This document shows, one piece after another, positions 47,255 to 56,950 of a stretch of 64,000 bases of DNA. Source of the stretch: Pseudanabaena sp. (GTDB lineage: Bacteria > Cyanobacteriota > Cyanobacteriia > Pseudanabaenales > Pseudanabaenaceae); contig QBMK01000015.1 in assembly GCA_003249035.1 (NCBI GenBank), forward strand, positions 22,833 to 86,832, read 5' to 3'. A program made the position numbers and the translations under genes. The first letter of the stretch is position 1. Each line of letters begins with the position of its first letter. The notes beneath the pieces are model-generated. The model was given only the letters and a program-made list of their open reading frames with translations, was not told the origin of the DNA and searched no databases.

Positions 47255-48229
47255 ATGTCACAAGGCAAAGAAACTACAGTTTTATTATTATCTCTTCTAG
47301 TCACAGCAGGGATTGCTGGTGGGGGCTACTGGTTCTTTTCGCAACAAAAATCAGCAATAGTCCCAGCTACAACAACACCTGATTCATCACCGCAGGTAAC
47401 GATAGGAACTGCAACTCCCGCGCCAACATCAGCTAACTTAAATCTTGATACATCTTTGCCAAATCCCAATATTTTGGAGATAGACGGCAGTACCGCGATG
47501 GTTACTATTGTTAAAGCCTTGCGAAATGACTTTAGCCAAGTTAATCCAAACATACCGACTACCTATGGGATTCCTGATGGCAATCCCAATGGCTCTAATA
47601 AGGGATTAAAAAATCTCATTGATGGTAGTGTAGCGATCGCAGCGACTTCACGCCCTCTAAAAGCCGCCGAAGCCCAAGCTGGAATCCAATTAATACCGAT
47701 CGCTAAAGATGCGATCGCAGTGGTAGTGGGAATTAATAATCCCTTTAAAGGCAATTTGACTAAGGATCAAATACGCGATATTTATCTGGGTAAAGTCACT
47801 AATTGGTCACAAGTTGGCGGTACAAACCAACCAATTAGAGTGATCAATCGTGCTGTGGCAAGCGGGACTAGAGTAGCTTTTCAAGATATTATTTTACTCG
47901 GTCAAGAATTCTCGCCAGATGGGCCCAACTTTATTACATGGAAACAAGATGAAACAACGGCAATCCTGCGTGATATAGGTGATAACGGTATCAGTTATGC
48001 CACAGTTTCACAGGTAGAGAAGCAAGAAATAGTGAGGATTATTGCGATCGATGGAGTTTTACCCACAGATGTCAATGCTGTCAAAGCTGGTAAATATCCA
48101 ATTAGTCGAAGCTTATTTTTAGGCGTTAAGAAGATCACCAGTCCTGTATCTAAGCAGTTTATTGAGTTTGCGCTCTCACCTCAAGGGCAGCAAATTGTCC
48201 AAAAGCTCGGATTTATTCCTGTGCAGTAG
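47255..48229 (+). CDS. PstS-family (PBP_like_2) substrate-binding protein with an N-terminal membrane anchor
   Basis: 324 aa. Motifs IDGSTAM, ATSRPLK, NRAVASGTR, GISYA, KYPISRSLFL. No pstCAB genes are adjacent. Confidence 0.75.
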   Translation: MSQGKETTVLLLSLLVTAGIAGGGYWFFSQQKSAIVPATTTPDSSPQVTIGTATPAPTSANLNLDTSLPNPNILEIDGSTAMVTIVKALRNDFSQVNPNIPTTYGIPDGNPNGSNKGLKNLIDGSVAIAATSRPLKAAEAQAGIQLIPIAKDAIAVVVGINNPFKGNLTKDQIRDIYLGKVTNWSQVGGTNQPIRVINRAVASGTRVAFQDIILLGQEFSPDGPNFITWKQDETTAILRDIGDNGISYATVSQVEKQEIVRIIAIDGVLPTDVNAVKAGKYPISRSLFLGVKKITSPVSKQFIEFALSPQGQQIVQKLGFIPVQ

Positions 48230-48240
48230 ATGGTAAGCCC

Positions 48241-48280
48241 AAAAAAAGAAAGACCGCGCTTCGCGCGGTCTTTCTTTTTC
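48241..48280. terminator. Bidirectional intrinsic terminator
   Basis: AAAGAAAGACCGCGC-ttc-GCGCGGTCTTTCTTT between convergent genes. Confidence 0.85.
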
Positions 48281-48281
48281 T

Positions 48282-51200
48282 TTAGTTGTCTGTCTCAACT
48301 TGCTTAGTAGGAATCTTTTTCTCAGGAGCCTTTTCCTCAATATCTAAACTGCCTGATAGGAAATCATCAATTTCAGCTCTAGCAGTATTGATTGAATCCT
48401 CAGCAGGCAACTCAAATGCAGAAAAATCAAAATCAGGCTCACTTTCCAACTCTCTATCGCTTTCATCAGCTCCTAAAGTCTGATTGTCACTTAGGGCTGG
48501 AAAAGCTTGTAAATCAGGCAACCCAATGGATAGACCGTCAAATCCTTCATCAGATTCATCCATTAGACTGTCCAGCAAGTTATCAGCAAAACCATAGGCA
48601 TTATTATCATCTAATCTGTCACCGACTTCATCTTCAGCAGGATATCCAATTGACAAATCATCATCTAAACTAGCAATTTTTTCGCTATTCCCTTCTGTGT
48701 TATCCACAACCTCATCAAACCAATTATCTGAGTAATCTAGAGAAAGATCGGGATCAGATTCAGTAAATCCCCAATCCAAATCTATATTGCTGGTCTCAGA
48801 GATCCCAAAATCTAAAGCATCCGATGAAGCCTCTATATCTAAATCATCAGCGATCCCATCAAAAATAACTGATTCTTTGAGCTGCAAAGCGTTGTCTGCG
48901 TCAGGTTCTTTATCTAAAATCTCGCTAAACATGATTGATTCGTCATCAGCTCCCATGCCTCCGGTAAGCGCTTCAAAAGTTGATGAATTCTCATCAGTGT
49001 CTAAGATAATTTCAGAATTATTTATGAATTCTTGATAGCTTAACTCGGACTCCTGCTCTAAATTGTCAATAAATATTGAGGAGACATCTGCTTCAGAGTC
49101 ACTTAACAACCCTTCAGCAAAATCTATAGGAGCTTCTTCATCCAAATAACTTGATAAGGCATCATAATCAGCATCATCATTGGATAATTCAAACGTAAAT
49201 CCTTCATCAAATAAAGCATCGCCAGTTTCTTCCATCAAGGACAAGTCTGATAGAGCGAATGTTTCGCTAGGACTATCTGTCACGTCTGAAGTTGGGATTT
49301 CAGGAAGCTCTTCTCGAACTTCAGAACTTTCCACAAAAGCTGGTGAGACATCTTCAGTTTCCCAGATTACTTCAGAAGACTGTAATTCTACATTTTCAAT
49401 TTCATCGATCAACGAAGGAAACGCTGTCTCTAATTCGCTATCTGTAAGAGTTGATACGCGACTATCTTCGATTCCATGGCTTGGTGTGAGGATCTCAATT
49501 TCTTCACCAAATGCATCATCAATCTCATCTTGAACATTATCTTGAGACTCAAATGGATCTGCTAAATTCTCACTATCTGAGATAGGATTCACCTCAAAAG
49601 TAGCAAAGAAATTAGATTCATCAGCCGTAGTTTCTTCAGTTTGCCAAACTGAATCTAGCTCATTATGCTCCTCAGATAGGCTATTAGTTATATTATGCTC
49701 AATCTCAAGTTGATCGCCTAAATTTTCTGCTGAATCATCGTCAATTACATTAAACAAAGCAGATATATCTTCTGATTTCGCATCAGACAAGTCTAGAGAA
49801 TCATCGTCTTGAGGACTTGTGGAAACATCGAACGGATCTGTAACAAACTCTTCGCTATCCTCGGCGGAATCAGCATCCAATAATTCGTCAGAAGAACTTT
49901 CTAAGAAATTATCTGACTCAATCAAACCAGCTGATTCCATCGATAAGCTTTCATTAGAGTCAAAAAAGAAATCTACTGATGGAAAATTAGATATATCCAT
50001 TGGATCTGATTCGACATCTTCTGTTTGCCAAATTGAGTCTAGATCATCAGAATCTCCTACTTGATTATCTATTGTATTTTGCTCAAGCTCAAATTGATCT
50101 CCTAAAGTTTCTGCATCATCATCGCTTACATTAAACAAAGCAGATACATCTTCTGATTCTTCATCAGATAGATCTATTGAAAAGCTTTCCAGATGTTGTG
50201 TCTCTTGCATAAGAGAATCGTTGTCTGGAATATTTATGGAAAGATCGAATGGATCTGTGGCAAATTCATTACTATCTTCGATAGAAGTAGCATCCAATAA
50301 TCCATCAGCAGAACCTTCCGAGGTATCATCTAATCCAAATAAATCTAAAGATTCCATCGATAAGCTTTCACTAGTTTCAAAAGCGAAATCTACAGATGGG
50401 AGATCGGATAGATCCATTGGAGGCGACATAATCTCCAATTCTGGTGCGATCGCAAGATCTACAGAATCACTAACTTGATCCTCAAAATCTTCAACAATTT
50501 CTTCGCCAAACTCCTCATTTCCTTTATTAATAGTCAAATCAAAGAAGTTATGAGGTTCCACTGCATCAGTGTCTTTTGTTAATGGGTTTTCATCTATATC
50601 AAAGGTAAACTCTTCTAAAAATTCATCATCCGAAGATGCGTCAAGGTAAATATCAGGAATTTGGGTGGGCAACTCAGATAATCCGCTTGGATTTTCAAGA
50701 TTATCGGAATAAATATCTGATTGATCTAACTCAAATTCATCCCCTGTTGTTGTATCTGGGTGCGCACTCTCAAAAGTACTCTCGACAAAAGAAATAGGTT
50801 CATCCAGAGAAATATTAGGTGATTCATCCAAATTGCTTTCAAATACTGAATCAGCAAAAGATGTATCAAAGCCATCACCAATAAACTCATTGGATGGACT
50901 TTGAAGAGATTCTTCTAAAGCTTCATTAATCGCGTTGTTGGATGTGAATTCACTATAATCTTCGGACTCGTGAGCTACAAAATTTTCGGAAATATCCTCA
51001 GTATGAATTTCACCAATACTTGCATCTAGAGAATTTAATTCCAACGGAATCTCATTCCCAATGGACTCCTCATGGGATTCTACTGTTTCCTGAATTATTG
51101 TTAGATCGTCTGCCGCAAAGGGATCAAAATCTGAGCTAAATCGATTAACTTCAATTTCTTGTTTTGAAGTATTACTATCAAAGAATGAATTTGAATCATC

Positions 51201-54200
51201 GAGCGTTGATTCTATATTCATTTTGGGAATGACGAAGTCTTCGTCATCAAGATCTGGAATCTTAAAGTCAACAAATGGTGACAAGTTGAGATTTGAATCT
51301 TCATCAAGAGGTGTCACAGTTCCAAAAGCTGTATCTTCTAAAAATGAAGAAGTTGCTGAGACAATAAAAGGATCACTTGCAGCTTCAACGATCGCAAACT
51401 CATTAACGCCCTCTATGGGATTTTTTAGAGTTGGTGCTGTATCAGAATTATCCTCAATTAAAAATTCTTCGTCTGAATTATCGTTATAAATTTCTTGCTT
51501 AAGATCGGCAAGTAGCGCTTCTTCAATTATGGATATATCTGTGAGATCGGAATAACTTGCTGGAGCTTGATTTTCGTTGTCGATGACCTCTTCAGATACG
51601 ACATTTTGTGAGACAGCAGCAAAATTTTGACCTTGCAGAGATTCTGCTGCATTTTCCTCGCTAGCCACACCACCAATATGATCATCGAGTAAATCTTCAA
51701 GATATCTATTATCCGTAGCAGTGTTATCTTCCTCGTTAAGTGTTGCGGAATCAGTTGGGATGTCTTTTGATTGGGAGAGTCCGACCGCAGTTACTGCCGT
51801 CACAACTGCGATCGCAGGTACAACTAAACCTAAATTACTATTAGTCTCAGAATTGCCAGATTCTGTTGAGGATTCAAGCAAAGTGTTGACATTTGTATCG
51901 GAGCTGTCAAGCTCAATCCCTGAAGATATCTCATTAGCCAATGGTTTAGAAGAGTCAGGCAAGCGGAAAAATTGAATGCCTTGGAGAAGCTGCTGCGCCT
52001 GATCTCCCATAGCTTCTGCTTGCTGTCTTGCCGATCTTGTTAAGTCGGCAGTGCGATCGGCTAACTGTGATATCTCACTGATATAACTTGCCGTAGATCC
52101 TGCTGCTCCTGCAATTTCGCTACTAGATTCAGTAATAGTTTGTCCAATTTGGACAACTTCTTCTGTAGCAATTTGAATGCTATTGAAAGCAGATTGTGAT
52201 GACTCAACGCCCTCTGTAAAGCCTGCGACCAGTCCACTTAAGTTCTGCACCTCGACATCAATCGCTGTTACAACGGTTTGGATTTGCGAAGTGCGTTGTT
52301 GCAGCACTGTCAAACCATCGTTGGTCTGAGTTGCCAAATCATTAACTTGCAATGCGATCGATTCAAATTCTCGGGCAACACTCGTGAATTGCTTTGGATC
52401 TTTTTGTTCAGCAGCTCGAGCGGCAACAAGGGTAGCATTGAGTGCCAACACCTGAGTTAAAGAAGCAATCTGACCTTGATCTTGCACAAATTGTTCTGCT
52501 AAACCGACGAATTCGCCAAGTGTTTTCATCCGTTGCACGATCTGCGCTGAACCTGTTTGCAAGACACTGATACTGTCCGTCAGAGTATTAATCGCAGTTT
52601 GACCAGAAGTAACTGTGTCACGAACTTCTTGAAGTGATTGGTTTGCAACACTAACCTGTGTTGCCGATCGCTCTGCGATAGTTGCTACTTGTTCAGTCAG
52701 TGCTTGCCCTTGAGCAACTGATTGGGCTTGCTCGGCAGTGTTTAGCACCACAGTTCTGGCTAACTCTTCGAGATCGGCAGCACCCTGAGCTACCTGTTGG
52801 GCAGTACCTAGTACACTAGAAATAATCTCTACAAGTTTTTCGCGAAGGCGGTTGAGTGTATCAGCGACTAACCCTGTAGCGCGATCGTTGACTTGGGCTT
52901 CAATAGTGAGATCGCCTTCTTCCATTAATGAGACTACTTCTAGTAGGTTGCCAACTTCAGCCTCCATCAACTCTGTTTCAGCAAAATTTAATTGGATCTG
53001 AGCCGCAGTCGATATGTCATCGCCAGAAGTTGAAGATTGGTTTAGTTGACCGCGCAAGCGAATTTCATTGTTTTTTACTTGTTGGAAAGTATTTTTTAAA
53101 GTGAGTCCAAGTTGATCGATTTCATCTTTGCCAGCAACGTTACTGCCAGAGTTTCCTTGTTGACGCAAGAAGCGATCGCATTCTTCGGTAAGCGGCTTAA
53201 GTCGCTTTTTGAGAGAATTGACAAATCCTAGGATGGCGATCGCCAAAATTGCACTAATCCCAACCGCAGTTCCCCCAACTAAAATAATTAGCCTATTGGT
53301 GATTTCCGATTCAGGCAACTGTGCCGCAACTAGCAAACCACTGCTTGGAATTTTACGGTATGCCCAAAGATTACCCCCTGTTTGGATAATTCCTGATGGT
53401 TGAGTTTTAGCTTGTTGCGCGAGACTAGTGAGAGCTTCTCCGATCGCTGGATTTTTGCTCTGCAATGACTGAAACTGGTTGGAAGCAGAAATTACTTTGC
53501 CGCTACTGCTAGCTACTACTAAACCAATTTTGCTTTCATTGGCAGAATCTGGATAAGTAGCTGTATCGACCAACGATAAAAATTGACCTGCAATGACATC
53601 AGCATTGACAATTCCCACAATTTTCTGTCCATCGCTGATGGGAGCGCTGTAGGTGATAATCGTCTTACCCAAAGCGGTATATATCTGTGACCAGGATGCT
53701 TGACCCTTAAGAGTATCTTGATAAAAGGGTGCTTTTTGAATGTCTGATCGATCGCCTGCCAACAATTTGTCATTGGGTACATCGAGCTTTTGACCGGGAG
53801 TTTCAGGTGTTAAGCCAGATTGTTCATTCCAAACATATGGCACAAGGGGCTTAGCTGGAGGAAATAATAAATTGCCACTCGATGCGATCCCCATACCTGC
53901 TATGGAGTCATCGCTTTGCAAACTCTCAACCAGTAGCCTTTGAAAAGGAGCCGAGCCCCTTGGCTTCGGCTGTTGCTGCAAGAGTATTTTTGCCCCGCGA
54001 GCGGCTCCATCAACTGTCTGTTGCACATTAGCTAGCTTAGCTTCGATCTTCCGAGTCTGAGATTCGGCTGATATGTCAACTTCTCTTCGCGAGCTACTTA
54101 GTAGTTCTTGATAAACAAAATATCCTAAACCACCTAATCCAATCAGCGATGTGCCAATTGCAATCAGAAGCAACCCCAGCCCCATTGAACCTTTAGGCTT

Positions 54201-54308
54201 ATTTGAATTTGGCACAGGCTGCGACTTAGGAGATCGCATTGAAGATGATTTCTCGCTCTTGCCTGAAGAAGTCGCTCGGTTTTTCTTAGATGTGCTTGCC
54301 ATATGCAT
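48282..54308 (-). CDS. Giant MCP-like protein: 2 TM plus Cache-like sensor, HAMP, divergent MA domain, putative third TM helix and a ~1160-aa acidic C-terminal tail
   Basis: 2008 aa. TM1 is about aa 43-66, the periplasmic domain about aa 67-339, TM2 about aa 340-363. The MA tip reads LALNATLVAARAAEQKDPKQFTSVAREFESIA. A hydrophobic segment LGLVVPAIAVVTAVTAVGL spans aa 826-844 (51777-51833). The rest, to the C-terminus, is D/E/S-rich low complexity. Confidence 0.85.
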   Translation of the reverse strand: MHMASTSKKNRATSSGKSEKSSSMRSPKSQPVPNSNKPKGSMGLGLLLIAIGTSLIGLGGLGYFVYQELLSSSRREVDISAESQTRKIEAKLANVQQTVDGAARGAKILLQQQPKPRGSAPFQRLLVESLQSDDSIAGMGIASSGNLLFPPAKPLVPYVWNEQSGLTPETPGQKLDVPNDKLLAGDRSDIQKAPFYQDTLKGQASWSQIYTALGKTIITYSAPISDGQKIVGIVNADVIAGQFLSLVDTATYPDSANESKIGLVVASSSGKVISASNQFQSLQSKNPAIGEALTSLAQQAKTQPSGIIQTGGNLWAYRKIPSSGLLVAAQLPESEITNRLIILVGGTAVGISAILAIAILGFVNSLKKRLKPLTEECDRFLRQQGNSGSNVAGKDEIDQLGLTLKNTFQQVKNNEIRLRGQLNQSSTSGDDISTAAQIQLNFAETELMEAEVGNLLEVVSLMEEGDLTIEAQVNDRATGLVADTLNRLREKLVEIISSVLGTAQQVAQGAADLEELARTVVLNTAEQAQSVAQGQALTEQVATIAERSATQVSVANQSLQEVRDTVTSGQTAINTLTDSISVLQTGSAQIVQRMKTLGEFVGLAEQFVQDQGQIASLTQVLALNATLVAARAAEQKDPKQFTSVAREFESIALQVNDLATQTNDGLTVLQQRTSQIQTVVTAIDVEVQNLSGLVAGFTEGVESSQSAFNSIQIATEEVVQIGQTITESSSEIAGAAGSTASYISEISQLADRTADLTRSARQQAEAMGDQAQQLLQGIQFFRLPDSSKPLANEISSGIELDSSDTNVNTLLESSTESGNSETNSNLGLVVPAIAVVTAVTAVGLSQSKDIPTDSATLNEEDNTATDNRYLEDLLDDHIGGVASEENAAESLQGQNFAAVSQNVVSEEVIDNENQAPASYSDLTDISIIEEALLADLKQEIYNDNSDEEFLIEDNSDTAPTLKNPIEGVNEFAIVEAASDPFIVSATSSFLEDTAFGTVTPLDEDSNLNLSPFVDFKIPDLDDEDFVIPKMNIESTLDDSNSFFDSNTSKQEIEVNRFSSDFDPFAADDLTIIQETVESHEESIGNEIPLELNSLDASIGEIHTEDISENFVAHESEDYSEFTSNNAINEALEESLQSPSNEFIGDGFDTSFADSVFESNLDESPNISLDEPISFVESTFESAHPDTTTGDEFELDQSDIYSDNLENPSGLSELPTQIPDIYLDASSDDEFLEEFTFDIDENPLTKDTDAVEPHNFFDLTINKGNEEFGEEIVEDFEDQVSDSVDLAIAPELEIMSPPMDLSDLPSVDFAFETSESLSMESLDLFGLDDTSEGSADGLLDATSIEDSNEFATDPFDLSINIPDNDSLMQETQHLESFSIDLSDEESEDVSALFNVSDDDAETLGDQFELEQNTIDNQVGDSDDLDSIWQTEDVESDPMDISNFPSVDFFFDSNESLSMESAGLIESDNFLESSSDELLDADSAEDSEEFVTDPFDVSTSPQDDDSLDLSDAKSEDISALFNVIDDDSAENLGDQLEIEHNITNSLSEEHNELDSVWQTEETTADESNFFATFEVNPISDSENLADPFESQDNVQDEIDDAFGEEIEILTPSHGIEDSRVSTLTDSELETAFPSLIDEIENVELQSSEVIWETEDVSPAFVESSEVREELPEIPTSDVTDSPSETFALSDLSLMEETGDALFDEGFTFELSNDDADYDALSSYLDEEAPIDFAEGLLSDSEADVSSIFIDNLEQESELSYQEFINNSEIILDTDENSSTFEALTGGMGADDESIMFSEILDKEPDADNALQLKESVIFDGIADDLDIEASSDALDFGISETSNIDLDWGFTESDPDLSLDYSDNWFDEVVDNTEGNSEKIASLDDDLSIGYPAEDEVGDRLDDNNAYGFADNLLDSLMDESDEGFDGLSIGLPDLQAFPALSDNQTLGADESDRELESEPDFDFSAFELPAEDSINTARAEIDDFLSGSLDIEEKAPEKKIPTKQVETDN
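49618..50420 (-). repeat. Tandem duplication of a ~139-aa unit inside the acidic tail
   Basis: Unit 1 is aa 1297-1435 (50004-50420; PMDLSDLPSVDFAFETSESLSMES...DSIWQTEDVESD). Unit 2 is aa 1436 to about 1563 (about 49618-50003; PMDISNFPSVDFFFDSNESLSMES...DSVWQTEETTADE) and has an ~11-aa deletion. Confidence 0.8.
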
Positions 54309-54419
54309 TCGCTATAGGGAAAGGATCGGATATTTTTGTGAGAATCATCCTACACTATAGCTGCCATAATCATGCAGACAAATAAGTAAGTCTCAACCTG
54401 AACTCTTGGACGCAAAGCA

Positions 54420-55007
54420 TCAGCTAGAAATATGCCAACGTTGCGGTCGCCAAATATGAGCAGGAATATTCAATAGGATAATTTCAATGGGAGTATACTC
54501 GTTCTCTTTAATATTTGCTACTGTTTGATTTGTTTTTTTTGTAGAGTTGTCGGCAAAACTTGTGACGCCGAGCGATGGAAACTCTGGAGCCGATGCATCT
54601 GCATGTAAATCCTTATACTCCTCAATGGTAAGACTGCCAATCACTCTATCTACGACTATACCCACCCCGCTAAGATTTTGACCATTAAATTCCTCAGCAA
54701 TTTTACTTAGCCTCACCACTGTCAAAGATTCTGTGATTAGAGTGCGTTGTTCACCGATTAACAGCCTTAACAACAACAAAGGCATCACATTTGCTTGGTG
54801 GTGCGTCACACCAATGATTGCTGTTTCATAAAAAGGCAAAGCTAAAATCGCATTGCGATCGAGAATAATGATTTCAGAGACTAAAACATCGGGGAAAGTA
54901 ACTGAGAGATCGCCGACTTTTGTCACAATGTACCTATTACTTGGTGCAATTAGCCGTTCAAGTAAGTTTTCAGCTTTATTGGCTTGGCTAATCTCAGGAA
55001 CGATCAT
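54420..55007 (-). CDS. CheW-like coupling protein
   Basis: 195 aa. CheW-type pattern (YIVTKVGDLSVTFPDVLVSEIIILD...ILALPFYETAIIGVTHHQANVMPLLLL). Its start overlaps the upstream REC gene stop (ATGA). Confidence 0.7.
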   Translation of the reverse strand: MIVPEISQANKAENLLERLIAPSNRYIVTKVGDLSVTFPDVLVSEIIILDRNAILALPFYETAIIGVTHHQANVMPLLLLRLLIGEQRTLITESLTVVRLSKIAEEFNGQNLSGVGIVVDRVIGSLTIEEYKDLHADASAPEFPSLGVTSFADNSTKKTNQTVANIKENEYTPIEIILLNIPAHIWRPQRWHISS

Positions 55008-55381
55008 TTCACACTTTGTGGCAACTTATTCAAGACTTCAGCTAATGACTCACGACTAACAGGCTTTGGCAAATAGTCATTAGCTTTAGCGCGTTTTAGC
55101 CCGTAATCAATTTCCAGCTTGGTGATTTTAGTTGAGTATAAAATTACGTACTGATCAGCTATTTCTTGTTGCGATCGCAGTTCTCGCAAAAATTTGTAAC
55201 CATCTTGTTCTGGCAACACAATATCCAAGAAAATTGCTGCATAGCTATTGTTGATTATCTTATCCAAAGCACCTACAGTCGATTCGCAGAAATCTACGGT
55301 ATGTCCTAAATCTTTTAGGAAAGAACTTAGTGCATGGCTCTGAGTTGCAGAATCATCAATTATTAAAAAATGCTCGCTCAT
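55004..55381 (-). CDS. CheY-like single-domain response regulator
   Basis: 125 aa. REC residues IIDDS, FLDIVLP, YSTK, PKP. Confidence 0.85.
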   Translation of the reverse strand: MSEHFLIIDDSATQSHALSSFLKDLGHTVDFCESTVGALDKIINNSYAAIFLDIVLPEQDGYKFLRELRSQQEIADQYVILYSTKITKLEIDYGLKRAKANDYLPKPVSRESLAEVLNKLPQSVK

Positions 55382-55539
55382 AATTTTTTACTTAAAATTT
55401 TAAAAATACAATTGGTTAAATACAACTATTTAAGGAAAACCAAGTACCCCCCAGACAATTAGTTTTAGATAAATTTATATCCCACATACTCTATGGCTCA
55501 TAAGGCTAACTGCAAAAAATTGGTGTAACTGGATAGATT

Positions 55540-56748
55540 CTAGACTAGTGTATCTGTTGATAAAGGTGCAAGCTCTCTCAATAAATTACGCAATTCGTTG
55601 CGGAATTTTGGTGTATCCGACGACGATCGCGGCTTAGCTAGAAAACGACAATTTGCCCATCTTGCCCTAAAGTTGTTAGTCATACTGTTTTCTGCAGTAA
55701 CTAACACTAAGGACAAAGAAGTTAATTCACGTTGACGACGAATTTGTTTAATCAAATCAAAGCCATTTAAACTTGGCATATTGATATCAATAAATACAAT
55801 AGTCGGTTTGTAGTCTAAGATTTTTCCGGTAGCTAGCTCAGCGTTATCAGTAAAGTCAACTTGATACCCCCAACTAATTAGTAACCGTTGCATTTGTTGC
55901 AGTAAAACAGGAGAGTCGTCAACGATAAAAACTTTAGGCTCATCTTTGGCTATGATTTGAGTAGTTAATCGACCGCTAATGTCATCATCTGGCTTGCGTT
56001 CTTGCAACGGCAATATTAACACAATGTTTTTTTGAGCTAACTTGTCTAGTAATAGAGCTGTCCGATAAATCGGCTGGTTAAAAGTATCTGCGATCGCACC
56101 AATGCGATCTTGCCCGGTTGTTACCTTAGCGAAAATTGGAAAGTTATCATTGCCAACCCTTGCCAATAGATTTGCTGCATCAACAAGTTGAACTAATTGA
56201 TAGGGGTGTTTTACACAACCAAATCTTTGCCATTGTCTCACTTCATTCGTGATCGTCTTTTCGAGATCAGATAGTTGCCAAACAGGGAGATTTATTTGCA
56301 GATCATTGATAGGCTTCCAGACAAAAGAGAATCCATTTTCTAAGTACAATGCCAACAAATTTTCTAAGATTACTTCTTTTAGAACTTCTTTAGTAATTTC
56401 GGGATGTTTTTTATAAACACTACTCACAAACGGATAACAGTAAGGGCGATTAGTTTGGCGCATCTCCCATTCGGGAATGCGAGCAAAATTAATACCTTTG
56501 CGATTGTATTTGCGAACTAATGTGGGTATGACTTGACCTTCTTCTTCTGCTAATACTAAGCCCCCGCCAGCAAGTAATAATTTCCACCGATGATATTTTG
56601 TTTCTACGCAAATTACGCCCTTAGAACGACTCATTACGCGCATAGCTGCTAGCAGTATATGTAATGTGGCATTCCTCACTACCTGCCCGTCCGTCAAGTT
56701 ATTAGACACTAGGTCTGAGTTAGGCAAGGAACCTGTCATAGCAATCAT
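55540..56748 (-). CDS. PatA-type response regulator (PATAN-like N-terminus plus REC), paralog A
   Basis: 402 aa. REC residues FIVDDS, FIDINMP, VTAE, AKP. Clearly paralogous to the next gene (shared blocks WKP...LP.WQL.DLEK, KHPYQ.VQL.D, NNFRA.WANCRFL.KP). Confidence 0.8.
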   Translation of the reverse strand: MIAMTGSLPNSDLVSNNLTDGQVVRNATLHILLAAMRVMSRSKGVICVETKYHRWKLLLAGGGLVLAEEEGQVIPTLVRKYNRKGINFARIPEWEMRQTNRPYCYPFVSSVYKKHPEITKEVLKEVILENLLALYLENGFSFVWKPINDLQINLPVWQLSDLEKTITNEVRQWQRFGCVKHPYQLVQLVDAANLLARVGNDNFPIFAKVTTGQDRIGAIADTFNQPIYRTALLLDKLAQKNIVLILPLQERKPDDDISGRLTTQIIAKDEPKVFIVDDSPVLLQQMQRLLISWGYQVDFTDNAELATGKILDYKPTIVFIDINMPSLNGFDLIKQIRRQRELTSLSLVLVTAENSMTNNFRARWANCRFLAKPRSSSDTPKFRNELRNLLRELAPLSTDTLV

Positions 56749-56794
56749 GTTTTTTGACTGGGAGGCACTTGGACAGAATAAATACTATAAATAT

Positions 56795-56825
56795 CACTAA
56801 AAACGGATCTACTCATTGTAGATCC
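56795..56825 (-). terminator. Weak terminator or attenuator between the two PatA paralogs
   Basis: GGATCTAC-aatga-GTAGATCC on the minus strand (56805-56825), followed by CGTTTTTAG. Confidence 0.35.
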
Positions 56826-56950
56826 TAGCAACCATAGATCAATTCAATTGGTTGTTTTAGATACATTACCCAAAATTGAAATTAGGTTGTCATGGTGCTT
56901 AATATAAGTAATTCTACTTAACATTAGTTCAGGTCGCGCTAAGAGAATTT

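Noticed and set aside
47068-47382. 104-aa plus-strand ORF spanning the ccs1 start region and the PstS-like gene start.
   Set aside because: It overlaps two well-supported genes in other frames and has no recognisable features.
48286-52460. A series of plus-strand Ser-rich ORFs (60-117 aa) along the giant MCP gene.
   Set aside because: They are the antisense reading of GAN/GAY-rich acidic codons (giving S/I/F/N-rich peptides). Several mirror the internal duplication, and there is no independent support.
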